DNA of 64,000 nt from contig CAWKGC010000021.1 of assembly GCA_963849005.1 (NCBI GenBank), positions 2,892 to 66,891 of the forward strand. The letters run 5' to 3'. The notes beneath the pieces were generated by a model. That model did not search any database. It was not told the DNA's origin and saw nothing but the letters and a program-made list of their open reading frames with translations. The first letter of the stretch is position 1; each line of letters begins with the position of its first letter. The position numbers and the translations under genes are program-made. This stretch comes from an uncultured beta proteobacterium. Its GTDB lineage: Bacteria > Pseudomonadota > Gammaproteobacteria > Burkholderiales > Usitatibacteraceae. Shown here piece by piece: positions 52,208 to 62,802 of the stretch.

Positions 52208-55200
52208 GCGCGCCGCGCCCGACCTCGACGAGCGCCTGCGCGCGCTCGATCCCGCGCGCAGCTTCATCGTGCAGGCGCCGGCGGGCTCGGGCAAGACCGA
52301 GCTGCTGATCCAGCGCTTCCTCGTGCTGCTCGCGCACGTGGAGTCAGCCCGAGGAAATGGTCGCGGTGACGTTCACGCGCAAGGCCGCCGCCGAGATGCG
52401 CGAGCGCGTGCTCGATGCGCTCGCGAACGTGCAGGCGGGCGAGAAGCCGGAGAGCGCGCACGAGGCGAGGACGATGCAGCTTGCGGCCGACGCCGTCGCG
52501 CGCGACGCGCAGCTCGGCTGGGGCATCGCCGACAACCCGTCGCGCCTGCGCATCCAGACCATCGACTCGCTGCGCGGCATCGCTCACGCGGCAGATGCCG
52601 GTGCTGGCGCGGCTGGGCGCGCAGCCGGCGATCGAGGAGTTGCCCGAGGCGCTCTACGCGGAAGCCGCGCGCGCGACGATCGCGCTGGTGGAGGACGAGG
52701 GCAAGGCGGGCGAGGACCTCGCGCAATTGCTCGCGCACCTCGACAACGACGTCGCGCGCATCGAGGCGATGCTTGCCGAGATGCTGCGGCGGCGCGACCA
52801 CTGGCTGCGTCCCATGCACGGGCTGGACCGCGCCGTGCTGGAGGCTGCGCTGGCGCGCGCGCGCAGCGAGGCCATGGCGCGCGCGCGCGGCTTGCTGCCG
52901 GCAGGCATCGCGGCGGAACTTGCCGCATTGGCGCGCTATGCCGCGGACAACCTCGCCGCGGCCGGTGCCGCGACCCCGCTTTCGCAATGGAAGGGCGCGG
53001 CCTGCCGGGCTGCGCGCAGGAAGACGAGGACGCGTGGCAGGGCCTGGCCGACCTGCTGCTGACCGCGCAGGATGAATGGCGCAAGACGGTCAACGTGAAC
53101 CAGGGCTTTCCCCCCGGCGAGAGCGCCGCGGAGAAGCGCGAGCGCAAGGCGTGGAAGGAGAGGGCGATCGCGCTGCTCGATGCGCTCGCGGGAAGCGACG
53201 CGATCGCTGCCTGCGCTGGCCGACATGCGCCGCTTGCCGCCGGCGTCGTATTCCGAATGCGCAATGGCGGGCGCTGCAGGCGATCACCCGCCTGCTGCCG
53301 CGCGCGGTGGCGGAGCTGAAGCTGGTGTTCGCCGCGCGCGGCGCGGTGGACTTCACCGAGGTCGCGCAGGCCGCGCTGCGCGGCGCTCGGCGCGGCCGAC
53401 GATCCGACCGATCTCGCGCTCGCGCTCGACTACCGCATCCGCCACCTGCTGATGGACGAATTCCAGGACACCTCGATCACGCCAGTACACGCTGGTGGAG
53501 CGCATGACCGCCGGCTGGGAGCCGGGCGACGGCCGCACGCTGTTCGCGGTCGGCGACCCGATGCAGTCGATCTACCGCTTTCGCGAAGCCGAGGTCGGCC
53601 TGTTCCTCAAGGCGCTGGCAACGAGGGGATCGGCAGCGTTGCGCTGGAGCCGATCGCTGCTCGAGGCGAATTTCCGCTCGCGCCCGGCATGGTCGATTGG
53701 GTGAACGCGAGCTTTCCCCACGTGCTCGGCTCGCGCGCCGACCCCGGCATCGGGCGCCGTCCCCTACACGGCGTCGCTCGCCATGCGCGAGCCGCGGCCG
53801 GGCGAGGGGCGGTCGCGGTCCATCCGCTTTTCGATGGCGATCGCGAAGGCGAGGCGCAGCGGGTGGTCGAGATCATCGGCGAGGCGCTCGACGGCAGATC
53901 CCACGGCGAAGATCGCCATCCTCGTGCAGGAACCGCGGGCACCTGGCGGCGATCGTGCCGGCGCTGAAAGCGGCGCGGACGCAAATTCAAGCGCGATCGA
54001 CATCGATCCGCTCGGCTACGCGGCCGGTGGTGCAGGACCTGCTCGCGCTCACTCGCGCGCTGGAACATCTCGCCGACCGCAGCGCGTGGCTTGCGGTACT
54101 GCGCGCGCCATGGTGCGGACTGACGCTCGCAGGACCTGCATGCGCTGGCGGGCGGCGACGCACCGGGCGACGAGGGGCAGATGCCGACGATCGTCGAGTC
54201 CCTCGGGAACGAGCAGTGCCTCGCGCGGCTTTCCGACGATGGCCGGCGGCGCGCGGAACGCACGCGCGAAGTTCTCGGGGAGGCATTGCGCGCGCGCGCG
54301 CGCCTGCCGCTGCGCGAAAGGGTCGAGGGAGCGTGGCTCGCGCTGGGAGGCCCGGCCTGCGTCGTGGAGCCGACCGACCTCGAGGATGCCGACGTTTTCC
54401 TCGATCTTGTTTCCGCGCAGGAAAGCGCCGGGCGGATCGGGGATCGGGCCGCATTCGACGACGCGCTCGGCAGGCTCTATGCATTGCCCGATCGCGATGC
54501 CGGCGACAGCCTGCAGATCATGACCATCCACAAGTCGAAGGGCCTCGAGTTCGACCACGTCATCGTGCCCGGGCTCGACCGGCCGGGCGGCTCGGATGCC
54601 AAGCCCCTGGTGCGCTGGATCGAGCGCCCGGTCGAAGGTGGAGGCGAGCAGAGCGAACTCATGATCGCGCCGGTCGCCGAGACCGGCTCCGATCCCGACG
54701 CGATCTTCCAGTGGATCGAAAAGCTCGATCGCGAACGCGCGCGCCATGAAGATGCCCGCCTGCTCTATGTGGCGGCAACGCGCGCTCGCGAGCGCCTGCA
54801 CTTGCTGGCCTCGGCGGGCGTGAACCGCAAGAAGGAACCCGTCTTGTCGAAGCCTTCCGACCGCGTCCTGCTGGCGCGCTTGTGGCCTGTGGTCCGGGCG
54901 CAATTCGCAGCGGCGATGCCGGCAATGGCGCCGCCGGAACGCGGGGGCGCGCGTGCCGCGCTGTCGCAGTCGAACACGAGGCTCGCGCCAACCTGGAGGC
55001 TTCCCGCGCCGCCTGCGTCCGTGGCGTGGCGCCCGCCTCCCGATCGCGAGGCGTTCAAGCCTTCGGTGGAATACTCATGGGCAAGCGAGAATGCGCGCCG
55101 CGTCGGCACGGTCGTGCATCGCTGGCTGCAACGCATGGCCGAGGACGCGCTGGAAGGCTGGGATGCGGGTCGCATCGCGGCGCTGCGCCCGGCATACCGC

Positions 55201-55590
55201 CGCAGCCTCGAGTCCCTGGGACTCGCGGGAGCGGACCTCGATGGCGCGGCCGCGCGCGTTGCCGATGCCCTGGCCGGCGCGGTGACGGACCCGAAGGGAC
55301 GCTGGGTCCTCGGGCCGCATGCCGAGGCGCGCAGCGAGTACCGCATCACGGTGCGCACGCCGGAAGGCTTCGAGCACCTCGCGGTGGACCGCACCTTCAT
55401 CGACGAGGATGCGCGCCGCTGGGTCGTCGATTACAAGACCGGCGCCCACGAAGGCGGCGACGTCGAGTCCTTCCTGGACCGTGAGCGCGAACGCCATGCC
55501 GGACAGCTGCGCCGCTATGCCGCGGCGCTGGGCGGCGAGGCCTCGCTCGGGCTGTACTTCCCCCTCATGAAGGCGTGGCGCGAAGTTTGA
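52191..55590 (+). pseudogene. UvrD/Rep-type helicase with C-terminal PD-(D/E)XK nuclease (AddA/RecB-like); at least 12 frameshifts between about 52345 and 54150
   Basis: Walker [87 protein letters not shown] and VVDYKTG are scattered over all three frames. The last 469 aa (54181..55590) are intact. Confidence 0.8.
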
Positions 55591-55662
55591 CGGAGACAGC
55601 CACGGCGTGGCTGCTGTAGTCTGGTTTCCTTTTCGCTGCACCAACCGAGGGAGAGCAAGGAC

Positions 55663-56640
55663 ATGGGCAAATCGACCACTCTGGCAGCGGGCCTGCTTTG
55701 CTTCGTCGCGCTGCTTGCCGGCGATGCCGGCGCGCAGGCGTTTCCGAGCAAGACGATTCGCATCATCGTGCCGTTCGCGCCGGGCGGGACCTCGGACGTG
55801 CTGGCGCGCACTTTCGCGCCCAGGCTGCAGGAAGCGCTCGGGCAGACGGTCGTGGTCGAGAACCGCCCCGGGGCCAGCGGCAACATCGGCGCGGACATCG
55901 TCGCCAAGAGCGCGCCCGACGGCCATACCCTGGTGCTGATGGATGTCGGCAACCTCGTCATCAGCCCCAGCGTCAACCCGAAGATGCCCTTCGACATCAT
56001 CAAGGACTTCGCTCCCGTCACGATCATCGCCTATTCACCGCACATGCTGGTCGTGAATGCCGAGCTGCCGTTCAACACCACGCGCGAACTCATCGCCTAC
56101 GCCAAAGCCAATCCCGGCAAGCTGAACTACGCCACCACGGGGCAAGGCAGCGCGCCGCACCTCGCCGGGATCCTGTTCGCGCAGGGCACGGGCATCACCT
56201 GGGAGGACATCCCCGGCAAGGGCGGCGCGGATTCGATCCTTCACGTGATCTCTGGGCAGGCCGACCTGCTGTTCAACGGCATGGTCGCCACGCAGCCGCA
56301 CGTGAAGAGCGGCAAGCTGAAGCTGCTGGCGATGTCGAGCGAGAAGCGGCTGGCCTCGCTGCCCGATACGCCCACGGTCGCGGAGTCCGCAGGCCTTCCC
56401 GGCTTCGTCACCGGGTCCTACCAGGGCGTGCTGGTCGCCGCCGGTACGCCGAAGCCGGTCGTGGCGCGCCTGCAAGCGGAGTTCGCGAAGATCGCCGCGA
56501 TGCCGGAAGTGCGCGAGAGGCTGCAGGCGCTGGGTGCCGAGGCAGTGCTCAACTCCCCGGAGGCGTTCGCCGATTGGATGAAGGTCGAATCGGCGAAGTG
56601 GGCGGTGGTGGTGAAGAGGGCGAACCTCAAGCTCGAGTAG
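55663..56640 (+). CDS. Bug-family (TctC-like) tripartite tricarboxylate transporter substrate-binding protein
   Basis: Signal peptide, then FPSKTIRIIVPFAPGGTSDVLAR...VVVENRPGASGNIGA... Confidence 0.88.
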   Translation: MGKSTTLAAGLLCFVALLAGDAGAQAFPSKTIRIIVPFAPGGTSDVLARTFAPRLQEALGQTVVVENRPGASGNIGADIVAKSAPDGHTLVLMDVGNLVISPSVNPKMPFDIIKDFAPVTIIAYSPHMLVVNAELPFNTTRELIAYAKANPGKLNYATTGQGSAPHLAGILFAQGTGITWEDIPGKGGADSILHVISGQADLLFNGMVATQPHVKSGKLKLLAMSSEKRLASLPDTPTVAESAGLPGFVTGSYQGVLVAAGTPKPVVARLQAEFAKIAAMPEVRERLQALGAEAVLNSPEAFADWMKVESAKWAVVVKRANLKLE

Positions 56641-56655
56641 TCGCCCCTCGGCGGG

Positions 56656-56841
56656 TCAGCGCGGGTCGGGCAGGCCGAGCACGTCGCGGTGCTTGGCGGC
56701 GGGGGCGGCGAGCGAGGCGCCAAGGCGCTTCATCCCCGTCCATGCCGCGAAGATCGCGTTGGCAATCAGTTCGCCGAGGTATTGGCTGCGTTGCACCTGT
56801 GCTTGCCGCACGAGGTAATCGATCCTGGACATGTCGTTCAT
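56656..56841 (-). CDS. small hypothetical protein
   Basis: 61-aa reading MNDMSRIDYLVRQAQVQRSQYLGELIANAIFAAWTG..., divergent from the LysR gene. No family recognised. Confidence 0.35.
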   Translation of the reverse strand: MNDMSRIDYLVRQAQVQRSQYLGELIANAIFAAWTGMKRLGASLAAPAAKHRDVLGLPDPR

Positions 56842-56993
56842 TTGGCTCTCCTTGCGGAACATGCTTGCCGGGCTGGAAACCGACCGAATTGGCTTGAACT
56901 CCACCCTTGCAAACGAATATAGTGCGGATGTTGCGGCGCAACAAACGAGTAATTCTCGTCCGACGCCTTAGGAAAACAGGGTTTTACCGCTGC

Positions 56994-57986
56994 ATGACAG
57001 ACCGCCTGCCCCCGTTGAATGCCCTGCGCGCCTTCGAGTCGGCCGCGCGCCACCTGAGCTTCAAGAAGGCGGCGGCGGAGCTTCACGTCACTGCCGCGGC
57101 GGTGAGCCACCAGATCAAGGCACTCGAGGACTACCTCGGGTTCCCGTTGTTCCGGCGCCTCACCCGCGCGCTCGAACTCACCAATGAAGCCCAGCTGATG
57201 CTGCCCAAGCTGCGCGAGGGATTCGCCTGCCTCGCGGCGGCGATCGCGCGCGTGCGGGAAGCGGATGGCGACGGGCGGCTCACGGTCATCGCGCCGCCAA
57301 GCTTCACCACGCGCTGGCTGATGCCCAGGCTGAACCGCTTCACCACCGCGCATCCGGACATCGAGCTGCATCTGGCCAGCAGCGTGCAGATGATCGATGA
57401 CAGCGAGGCTGCGGCGGCAGGCGACGCCGTTCGCCCCGATGCGCTGGACGATGCGCCGGGCGTGACGATCCGCTTCGGCTCGGGACGCTATCCCGGCATG
57501 CAGGTCGACCGCCTGTTCCGCCCCTACTATGTGCCGGTGTGCAGCCCGCGCCTGCTCGAAGGCGAACTGCACCTCGACACTCCCTGGGACCTGCGCTCCC
57601 ACACGCTCATCCACGACGATTCGATTCCCGACCGCGCCGAGCGGCCGCGCTGGGAAACGTGGCTGCAGACGGCGAAGGTGGAGGGCGTGGACGCCTCGCG
57701 CGGGCCGCATTTCAGCGACGCCTCGCTGGCGCTGCAGGCGGCGATCGACGGCCTCGGCGTCGCGCTCGGCTTGCGTCCGCTGGTCGACGACGATGTCGCC
57801 GAGGGACGGCTCGTGGTGCCCTTCGACCTTGCGTTGCCGACCAACTTCGCTTTCTATCTCGTCGCCGAGGAAGCGGTCGGGCGGCTTGCCGCCGTCGAGG
57901 CGTTCCGCCGCTGGCTGCTGGATGAAGCGGCCGAGGTGCCGAACCGGGAAGCGCCGGGAACGCGCCCTGCCGCCGAAGCGGCCTGA
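56994..57986 (+). CDS. LysR-family transcriptional regulator (GcvA-like)
   Basis: MTDRLPPLNALRAFESAARHLSFKKAAAELHVTAAAVSHQIKALEDYLGFPLFRR. Confidence 0.9.
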   Translation: MTDRLPPLNALRAFESAARHLSFKKAAAELHVTAAAVSHQIKALEDYLGFPLFRRLTRALELTNEAQLMLPKLREGFACLAAAIARVREADGDGRLTVIAPPSFTTRWLMPRLNRFTTAHPDIELHLASSVQMIDDSEAAAAGDAVRPDALDDAPGVTIRFGSGRYPGMQVDRLFRPYYVPVCSPRLLEGELHLDTPWDLRSHTLIHDDSIPDRAERPRWETWLQTAKVEGVDASRGPHFSDASLALQAAIDGLGVALGLRPLVDDDVAEGRLVVPFDLALPTNFAFYLVAEEAVGRLAAVEAFRRWLLDEAAEVPNREAPGTRPAAEAA

Positions 57987-57987
57987 C

Positions 57988-58677
57988 TTACCCCGCCGGG
58001 CGCGAGGGCGGCGCCACGCCGAGTTCCGCGCAAAGCTTCGTTACCGTCTCCCGCAGCGACTCGACTTCGCCCTGCAGCTCGTCGAGGTTGGCCTTCAATG
58101 CGGCGATCTCGCTTATCGTGACCACGTCGCCTTGCGTCGCAGCCGGCGCGGACGCGGCAATCTCGACGGCCGGCTCGCCGGAGAGCAGGTGCGTCCAGCG
58201 GTTTTCGCGCGAGCCCGGCTGCCGGGGCAGTTCGCGCACCAGCGCGCCTTCCGGGCGCTCGGCCAGCTCCTGCAGGAAGGCCTCCACGGAAGAGATGTCG
58301 CTGAACTTGTGCAGGCGGTCGCTGTTGATGCGCAGTTCGCCGGTGGTCTGCGCGCCACGCAGGAACATCGTCGCCAGCAGCGCCACGGATTGCGGCGGCA
58401 CGCGCAGCACGCGTCCCGTGTTGTGGGCATAGCGCATCACGCGCCCGCCGCTCGATTCCATCGCGAGCGAAAGCGACTTCAGGTGATCCAACGCGGACTG
58501 CACCTCCGCGTCGGTCGCGCTGATCACCGGGTCGCGGCTGTTCTTCTGGTTGCAGCCCGAGACGAGCGCGTTCAGGGTGAGCGGATAGGTGTCGGGAACG
58601 GTGCGTTCCTTCTCGACCAGCACGCCGAGGACGCGGGTCTCGAGGAGCGACAGGGCAGGCAATGCGTGGGCGGTCAT
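57988..58677 (-). CDS. yceH: YceH/DUF480-family protein
   Basis: 229-aa 3' part of ORF 57988..59511: LSLLETRVLGVLVEKERTVPDTYPLTLNALVSGCNQKNSRDPV... Confidence 0.85.
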   Translation of the reverse strand: MTAHALPALSLLETRVLGVLVEKERTVPDTYPLTLNALVSGCNQKNSRDPVISATDAEVQSALDHLKSLSLAMESSGGRVMRYAHNTGRVLRVPPQSVALLATMFLRGAQTTGELRINSDRLHKFSDISSVEAFLQELAERPEGALVRELPRQPGSRENRWTHLLSGEPAVEIAASAPAATQGDVVTISEIAALKANLDELQGEVESLRETVTKLCAELGVAPPSRPAG

Positions 58678-58688
58678 GGAACTCTCCG

Positions 58689-59693
58689 TCAGGCGGTGAG
58701 TGGCGGCTCGTTCATCGCGCCGACCTGCTCGCGCAGCTCGATGATGCGGTCCTGCCAGTAGCGGTGGGTATTGAACCAGGGAAAGGCGAGCGGGAACGCC
58801 GGATCGTCCCAGCGCCGCGCGAGCCACGCCGAATAGTGCAGCAGCCGAAGCGTGCGCAGGGCCTCGAGAAGATGCAGCTCGCGGCGGTTGAAGTCGCAGA
58901 AGTCCTCGTAGCCGGCGAGCACGTCGCCCAGCGCGCGGGACATGGTCTCGCGGTCTCCCGAGAGCAGCATCCACAGGTCCTGCACCGCCGGGCCGGTTCG
59001 CGCGTCGTCGAGGTCGACGAAGTGCGGGCCGGGCGCGGACTGCATCGAATCGAGCGGCGTCCAGAGGATGTTGCCGGCATGGCAGTCGCCGTGCAGGCGC
59101 AGCGTGCCGACCGGGCCGGCACGCTCGTAGCAGCGCGCCACGCCTTCGAGCGCGAGGTCGGCCACCGCAACCCACGCTTCGCGCAGGTCCGCGGGAATGA
59201 AGTCGTGGTCGAGCAGCCACTGGCGCGGCTCGCGGCCGAAGCTTTCGATGTCGAGCTCGGGCCTGTGCGCGAAAGGCCGGGTCGCGCCGACCGCGTGGAT
59301 GCGCCCCATGAAGCGGCCGATCCACTCGAGCACCACGGGATCCTCGAGCTCGGGCGAGCGCCCGCCGCGGCGCGGGAACACCGCGAAGCGAAAGCCGCCG
59401 AAGTGATGCAGCGTCCGGCCATCGAAGGCGCTCGGCGCCACGACCTGGATCTCGAGTGAGTCGAGTTCCGCGGCGAAGGCATGTTCCTCGTCGATCTGGG
59501 CGTCGCTCCACCGCGCCGGCCGGTAGAACTTCGCGACCACCGGCTTCTGGTCCTCTATGCCCACCTGGTAGACGCGATTCTCGTAGCTGTTGAGCGCATG
59601 CAGGTGGCCGTCGCAGGCGAGCCCGAGGCTCTCGACCGCATCGAGGATGGTGTCGGGAGTGAGTCCGGAATACGGCGTGGGATCGTCGGCCAT
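58689..59693 (-). CDS. srkA: stress-response Ser/Thr kinase SrkA/YihE (APH fold)
   Basis: ...LNSYENRVYQV...AKFYRPARWS...HGDCHAGNILW...FVDLDDA... Confidence 0.88.
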   Translation of the reverse strand: MADDPTPYSGLTPDTILDAVESLGLACDGHLHALNSYENRVYQVGIEDQKPVVAKFYRPARWSDAQIDEEHAFAAELDSLEIQVVAPSAFDGRTLHHFGGFRFAVFPRRGGRSPELEDPVVLEWIGRFMGRIHAVGATRPFAHRPELDIESFGREPRQWLLDHDFIPADLREAWVAVADLALEGVARCYERAGPVGTLRLHGDCHAGNILWTPLDSMQSAPGPHFVDLDDARTGPAVQDLWMLLSGDRETMSRALGDVLAGYEDFCDFNRRELHLLEALRTLRLLHYSAWLARRWDDPAFPLAFPWFNTHRYWQDRIIELREQVGAMNEPPLTA

Positions 59694-59864
59694 GCCGTCA
59701 TTGTACGTTTTGGTGCTGCAGCGCAGCAGCACTATGAGGGTGCGCACGCGCGATTTGCGCTCCGCATTGACGCATGCTCCTGCCCCGCAGGCCCGCGATC
59801 CGGGCGTGATCCGGTGGCACGCTTAGTGCTGTTCAACCGGCATTGAATCTGCGGGGACAGGACG

Positions 59865-60841
59865 ATGATCTCCTTCTCGAGCGAATTGCGGCGGCTCGCG
59901 CGCGTCGATGGCGTTGAACACCTGGACGCCGACGAGGCGTTCCACTTGTTCGGCGCGATGCTCGATGGCGGCGTGCCGGATCTCGAACTCGGCGCCTTGT
60001 GGATGGCGCTTGCCGCCGGCACCGAGACCGCCGACGTGCGCTGCGGGTTCCACCGGGCCCTGGGCGAACGCGTGCAGCGCTGGCGCCCGCCGACGGCCCG
60101 CATGCCCATCGTCCTGCCTGCCTATGGGCTGCATCCGGGCGACGCCCATCTCGTCCCCTTGCTTGCCATGCTCCTCGTGCGCTTCGAAGTCCCGGTGCTC
60201 GTGCACGGTCCGATCGAATCGCCGCACCATGCTTCGCTCGCCTGCGTGCTGCGCGAACTCGGCGTGCTGCCTTGCGCGAGCGCGGCGCAGGCGCAGGCGC
60301 AACTCGACGAAGGCCATGTGACTTTCGTGCCGGTCGGATTGCTTTCCCCGGGCTTGCCGCGCTGGTCGCGCTGCGCAACCGCCTGGGCGTGGACAGCGTC
60401 GCGCAATTGCTTGCCCATGCGGTCGAGCCTTTCGAAGCGCCATCGCTGCGCGTGGCCTCCAGCGTCCCGGGCCATGCGTCCGGGCGGCTGGAATTGCTGT
60501 TCGGCGAAGCGGGGGGCGAGGCGCTCACGCTCGTGTGGCCGCCCGGACGCACGCCTGCGCAACTGCATTCGCGACCGCGCATCGAGCGGGTGCGCGACGG
60601 CGCGCGCGAGTGCCTGTTCGAGGCCGAGGTCCAGGAAGCGCGCTCGGCGCCGGGCATGCCCGACGGCTCCGACGCGCGCGACCTCGCCGCGTGGATACGC
60701 CGCGCAGCGGAAGGGTCCGCGGCGCTGCCGATGCCGGTGGTGAACCTGCTCGCGGCCTGCCTCCATGCCTCGGGATTCAGCGCGGATTTCATGCAGGCCA
60801 AGGCGATCGTCGCGCTGAGGACGGGGCGACTCGCGGCCTGA
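59865..60841 (+). pseudogene. ybiB: YbiB/TrpD2-like (glycosyl transferase family 3 fold) DNA-binding protein; one frameshift near 60345
   Basis: The N-terminal half is in ORF 59865..60743 (...LGALWMALAAGTET...PIVLPAYG...). It continues as ...GLAALVALRNRLGVDSVAQLL... in ORF 59999..60841. Confidence 0.65.
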
Positions 60842-60947
60842 GCGGCAATCCCCTTCGTCCCTTGCGGGCATTTGAAGGCGCCGCGGGGAACGGTGCTAGA
60901 CTTTCCCCGCACGTTTCCTCATTCCACTCGCCGGGGGGCACACCAAG

Positions 60948-61046
60948 ATGAAAAATCCGCTCGATTCGCTGTGGGGCACGGTCATCACCGGCCTCGTCCT
61001 TACGGCCGTCCTCTATTACCTTGTCAAAGGCATGATGGGAGGATGA
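60948..61046 (+). CDS. 32-aa single-TM micro-protein (candidate), translationally coupled to the next gene
   Basis: ATG 60948: MKNPLDSLWGTVITGLVLTAVLYYLVKGMMGG*. Its stop overlaps the next start (GGATGA). Below the ORF-track length cutoff. Confidence 0.4.
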   Translation: MKNPLDSLWGTVITGLVLTAVLYYLVKGMMGG

Positions 61047-61549
61047 CCATGGACTTCATCCAGTACGGACTCGGTCGTTGGCTGCACATCCTGGCAGGCG
61101 TCATGTGGATCGGCCTGCTCTACTATTTCAACTTCGTCCAGGCGGCCGCGATGAAGGCCGCTGGGGCCGACGGCACGGCGGCGGGCATCAGCAAGCACGT
61201 CGCGCCGCGCGCGCTGCTGTTCTTCCGCTGGGCGGCGGTGGTCACCTGGCTCGCGGGCGCGATGATGCTCGGCGACAAGCTCGACGACGCCTTCTTCTTC
61301 AAGGAAAAGGCCTACTACCCGATCGGGGTCGGCGCGTGGCTGGGCACGATCATGCTCTTCAACGTCTGGGCGCTCATCTGGCCCAACCAGAAGAAGATCC
61401 TCGGCATCGTTCCCGCATCCGACGAGGAGAAGAACGCCGCAAGGCGCATCGCCTTCCTCGCCTCTCGCATCAACACCGCCTTGTCGATGCCGATGCTGTT
61501 CTTCATGGTCGCTTCCGGCGGCATTTTCCGCCGGGCGTTCTTCGGCTGA
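61043..61549 (+). CDS. integral membrane protein resembling the urate hydroxylase PuuD membrane domain
   Basis: MTMDFIQYGLGRWLHILAGVMWIGLLYYFNFVQ... The family assignment is from memory of the WLH..AG..WIGLLYYFNFVQ motif. Confidence 0.6.
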   Translation: MTMDFIQYGLGRWLHILAGVMWIGLLYYFNFVQAAAMKAAGADGTAAGISKHVAPRALLFFRWAAVVTWLAGAMMLGDKLDDAFFFKEKAYYPIGVGAWLGTIMLFNVWALIWPNQKKILGIVPASDEEKNAARRIAFLASRINTALSMPMLFFMVASGGIFRRAFFG

Positions 61550-61570
61550 AAAGCGGGCGGGGCCAAGGGA

Positions 61571-61650
61571 GAAAACGGGGTCAGAGTACATTTCGGGGCG
61601 GATCGCAGAGCGATCCTGCGCTGCCCGAAATGTACTCTGACCCCGTTTTC
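61571..61650. repeat. 80-bp long-hairpin element (cleanest copy of the family)
   Basis: GAAAACGGGGTCAGAGTACATTTCGGGG-CGGATCGCAGAGCGATCCTGCG-CTGCCCGAAATGTACTCTGACCCCGTTTTC, lying between convergent gene ends. Confidence 0.9.
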
Positions 61651-61651
61651 T

Positions 61652-62095
61652 TCACGGCAGTTTAGGGAGGCCGGTGACCTTGTCGCCGGCCTTTATCTTT
61701 TTCTCCGCGAACCAGCCCTTGTTGGTCTCGATCGCGTAGCTTGCCGGGCCCGCAGCGGTGTTCAGGTTCTCGGTCCTCGGCTCCATGTCGATGATGTTGA
61801 GGATCGTGCCGCCCTTGTCGATGAAGGCGACCGAAAGCGGGATCAGGGTGTTCCTCATCCAGATGCTGTGATAGCCGGGCTCATCGAAGACGAACACCAT
61901 GCCGTCGTCCTTGCCCATCTTCTCGCGGAACATCAGGCCTTTCGTGCGCTCGGCGTCCGACACCGCAACCTCGGCCTTGAGGGCATGGCCCGCAATCCTC
62001 ATGGTGATCGTGCCTGCAGCGGTCGCAGGCATCGCGGCGAGCAAGGATGCGAGCGCAAGCGCCGCAAGCGCGTTCAGGCGAGAATGAAGGATCAT
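61652..62095 (-). CDS. DUF192-domain secreted protein
   Basis: 147-aa 3' part of ORF 61652..62506. Signal peptide, then ...ERTKGLMFREKMGKDDGMVFVFDEP...IWMRNTLIPLSVAFID... Confidence 0.85.
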   Translation of the reverse strand: MILHSRLNALAALALASLLAAMPATAAGTITMRIAGHALKAEVAVSDAERTKGLMFREKMGKDDGMVFVFDEPGYHSIWMRNTLIPLSVAFIDKGGTILNIIDMEPRTENLNTAAGPASYAIETNKGWFAEKKIKAGDKVTGLPKLP

Positions 62096-62139
62096 GGGAA
62101 TATCTCCGGTACCGCGCACATTAACGCAGGAATGATCGA

Positions 62140-62439
62140 ATGAGACGACTTGCGATGCTGGGACTGTCACTGCTTGCATCGGCATGCGCCACGGCGCCGC
62201 CCGCGCCGACCGGGACTGCTGCCCCGCCCGAAGCCTACAAGGGGCCGCCGCGCGCCGAGGCGCCGCGGCCCCAGTACAACCTTGCCGGCTATCCGCCGGC
62301 CTTCCGCGACGGCTACATCGACGGCTGCGAGACCGCCAGGAACTCCGCGTTCGCGCGCAAGGATGCCGCGCGTTTCGCCGGCGAGGCGCAGTACAAGACC
62401 GGCTGGCAGGACGGCAACGCCATCTGCAAGGCGCGCTAG
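62140..62439 (+). CDS. small lipoprotein, function unknown
   Basis: Lipobox LLASAC after MRRLAMLGLS, followed by a Pro-rich linker. Confidence 0.6.
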   Translation: MRRLAMLGLSLLASACATAPPAPTGTAAPPEAYKGPPRAEAPRPQYNLAGYPPAFRDGYIDGCETARNSAFARKDAARFAGEAQYKTGWQDGNAICKAR

Positions 62440-62798
62440 GCCGACTGCACGATCCATGCGGCAATCGCGTCGAGGATCTCGGGAACATCGCCGACCGCCG
62501 AAGCAAGCTTGATCGCGGCGCCCGGATAACGCCTGCGGCAATCTTCCATCAGCACCGGCACGTCGTTCTTCAGGTGGCCGCCTTGCGCCATGAAAACGGG
62601 GAACACGGTGACGTTCTTTATCCCCTGCGCTGCCAGGGCGCCGATGGTTTCCGCGAGCTCGGGCTTCATGAACTCGAGGAAAGCGAGTTCCACGCGCAGG
62701 CCGGGGCGCTTCGCGCGCACGCGGTCGCGGATCGCCTCGAACGGCAGCGCCCATTCAGGGTCGCGCGCGCCATGGGCGAAAAGGACGATCGCGTCCAT
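62436..62798 (-). CDS. CbiX/SirB-type chelatase domain protein
   Basis: MDAIVLFAHGARDPEW...VFPVFMAQGGHLKNDVP... Confidence 0.8.
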   Translation of the reverse strand: MDAIVLFAHGARDPEWALPFEAIRDRVRAKRPGLRVELAFLEFMKPELAETIGALAAQGIKNVTVFPVFMAQGGHLKNDVPVLMEDCRRRYPGAAIKLASAVGDVPEILDAIAAWIVQSA

Positions 62799-62802
62799 CG
62801 CT

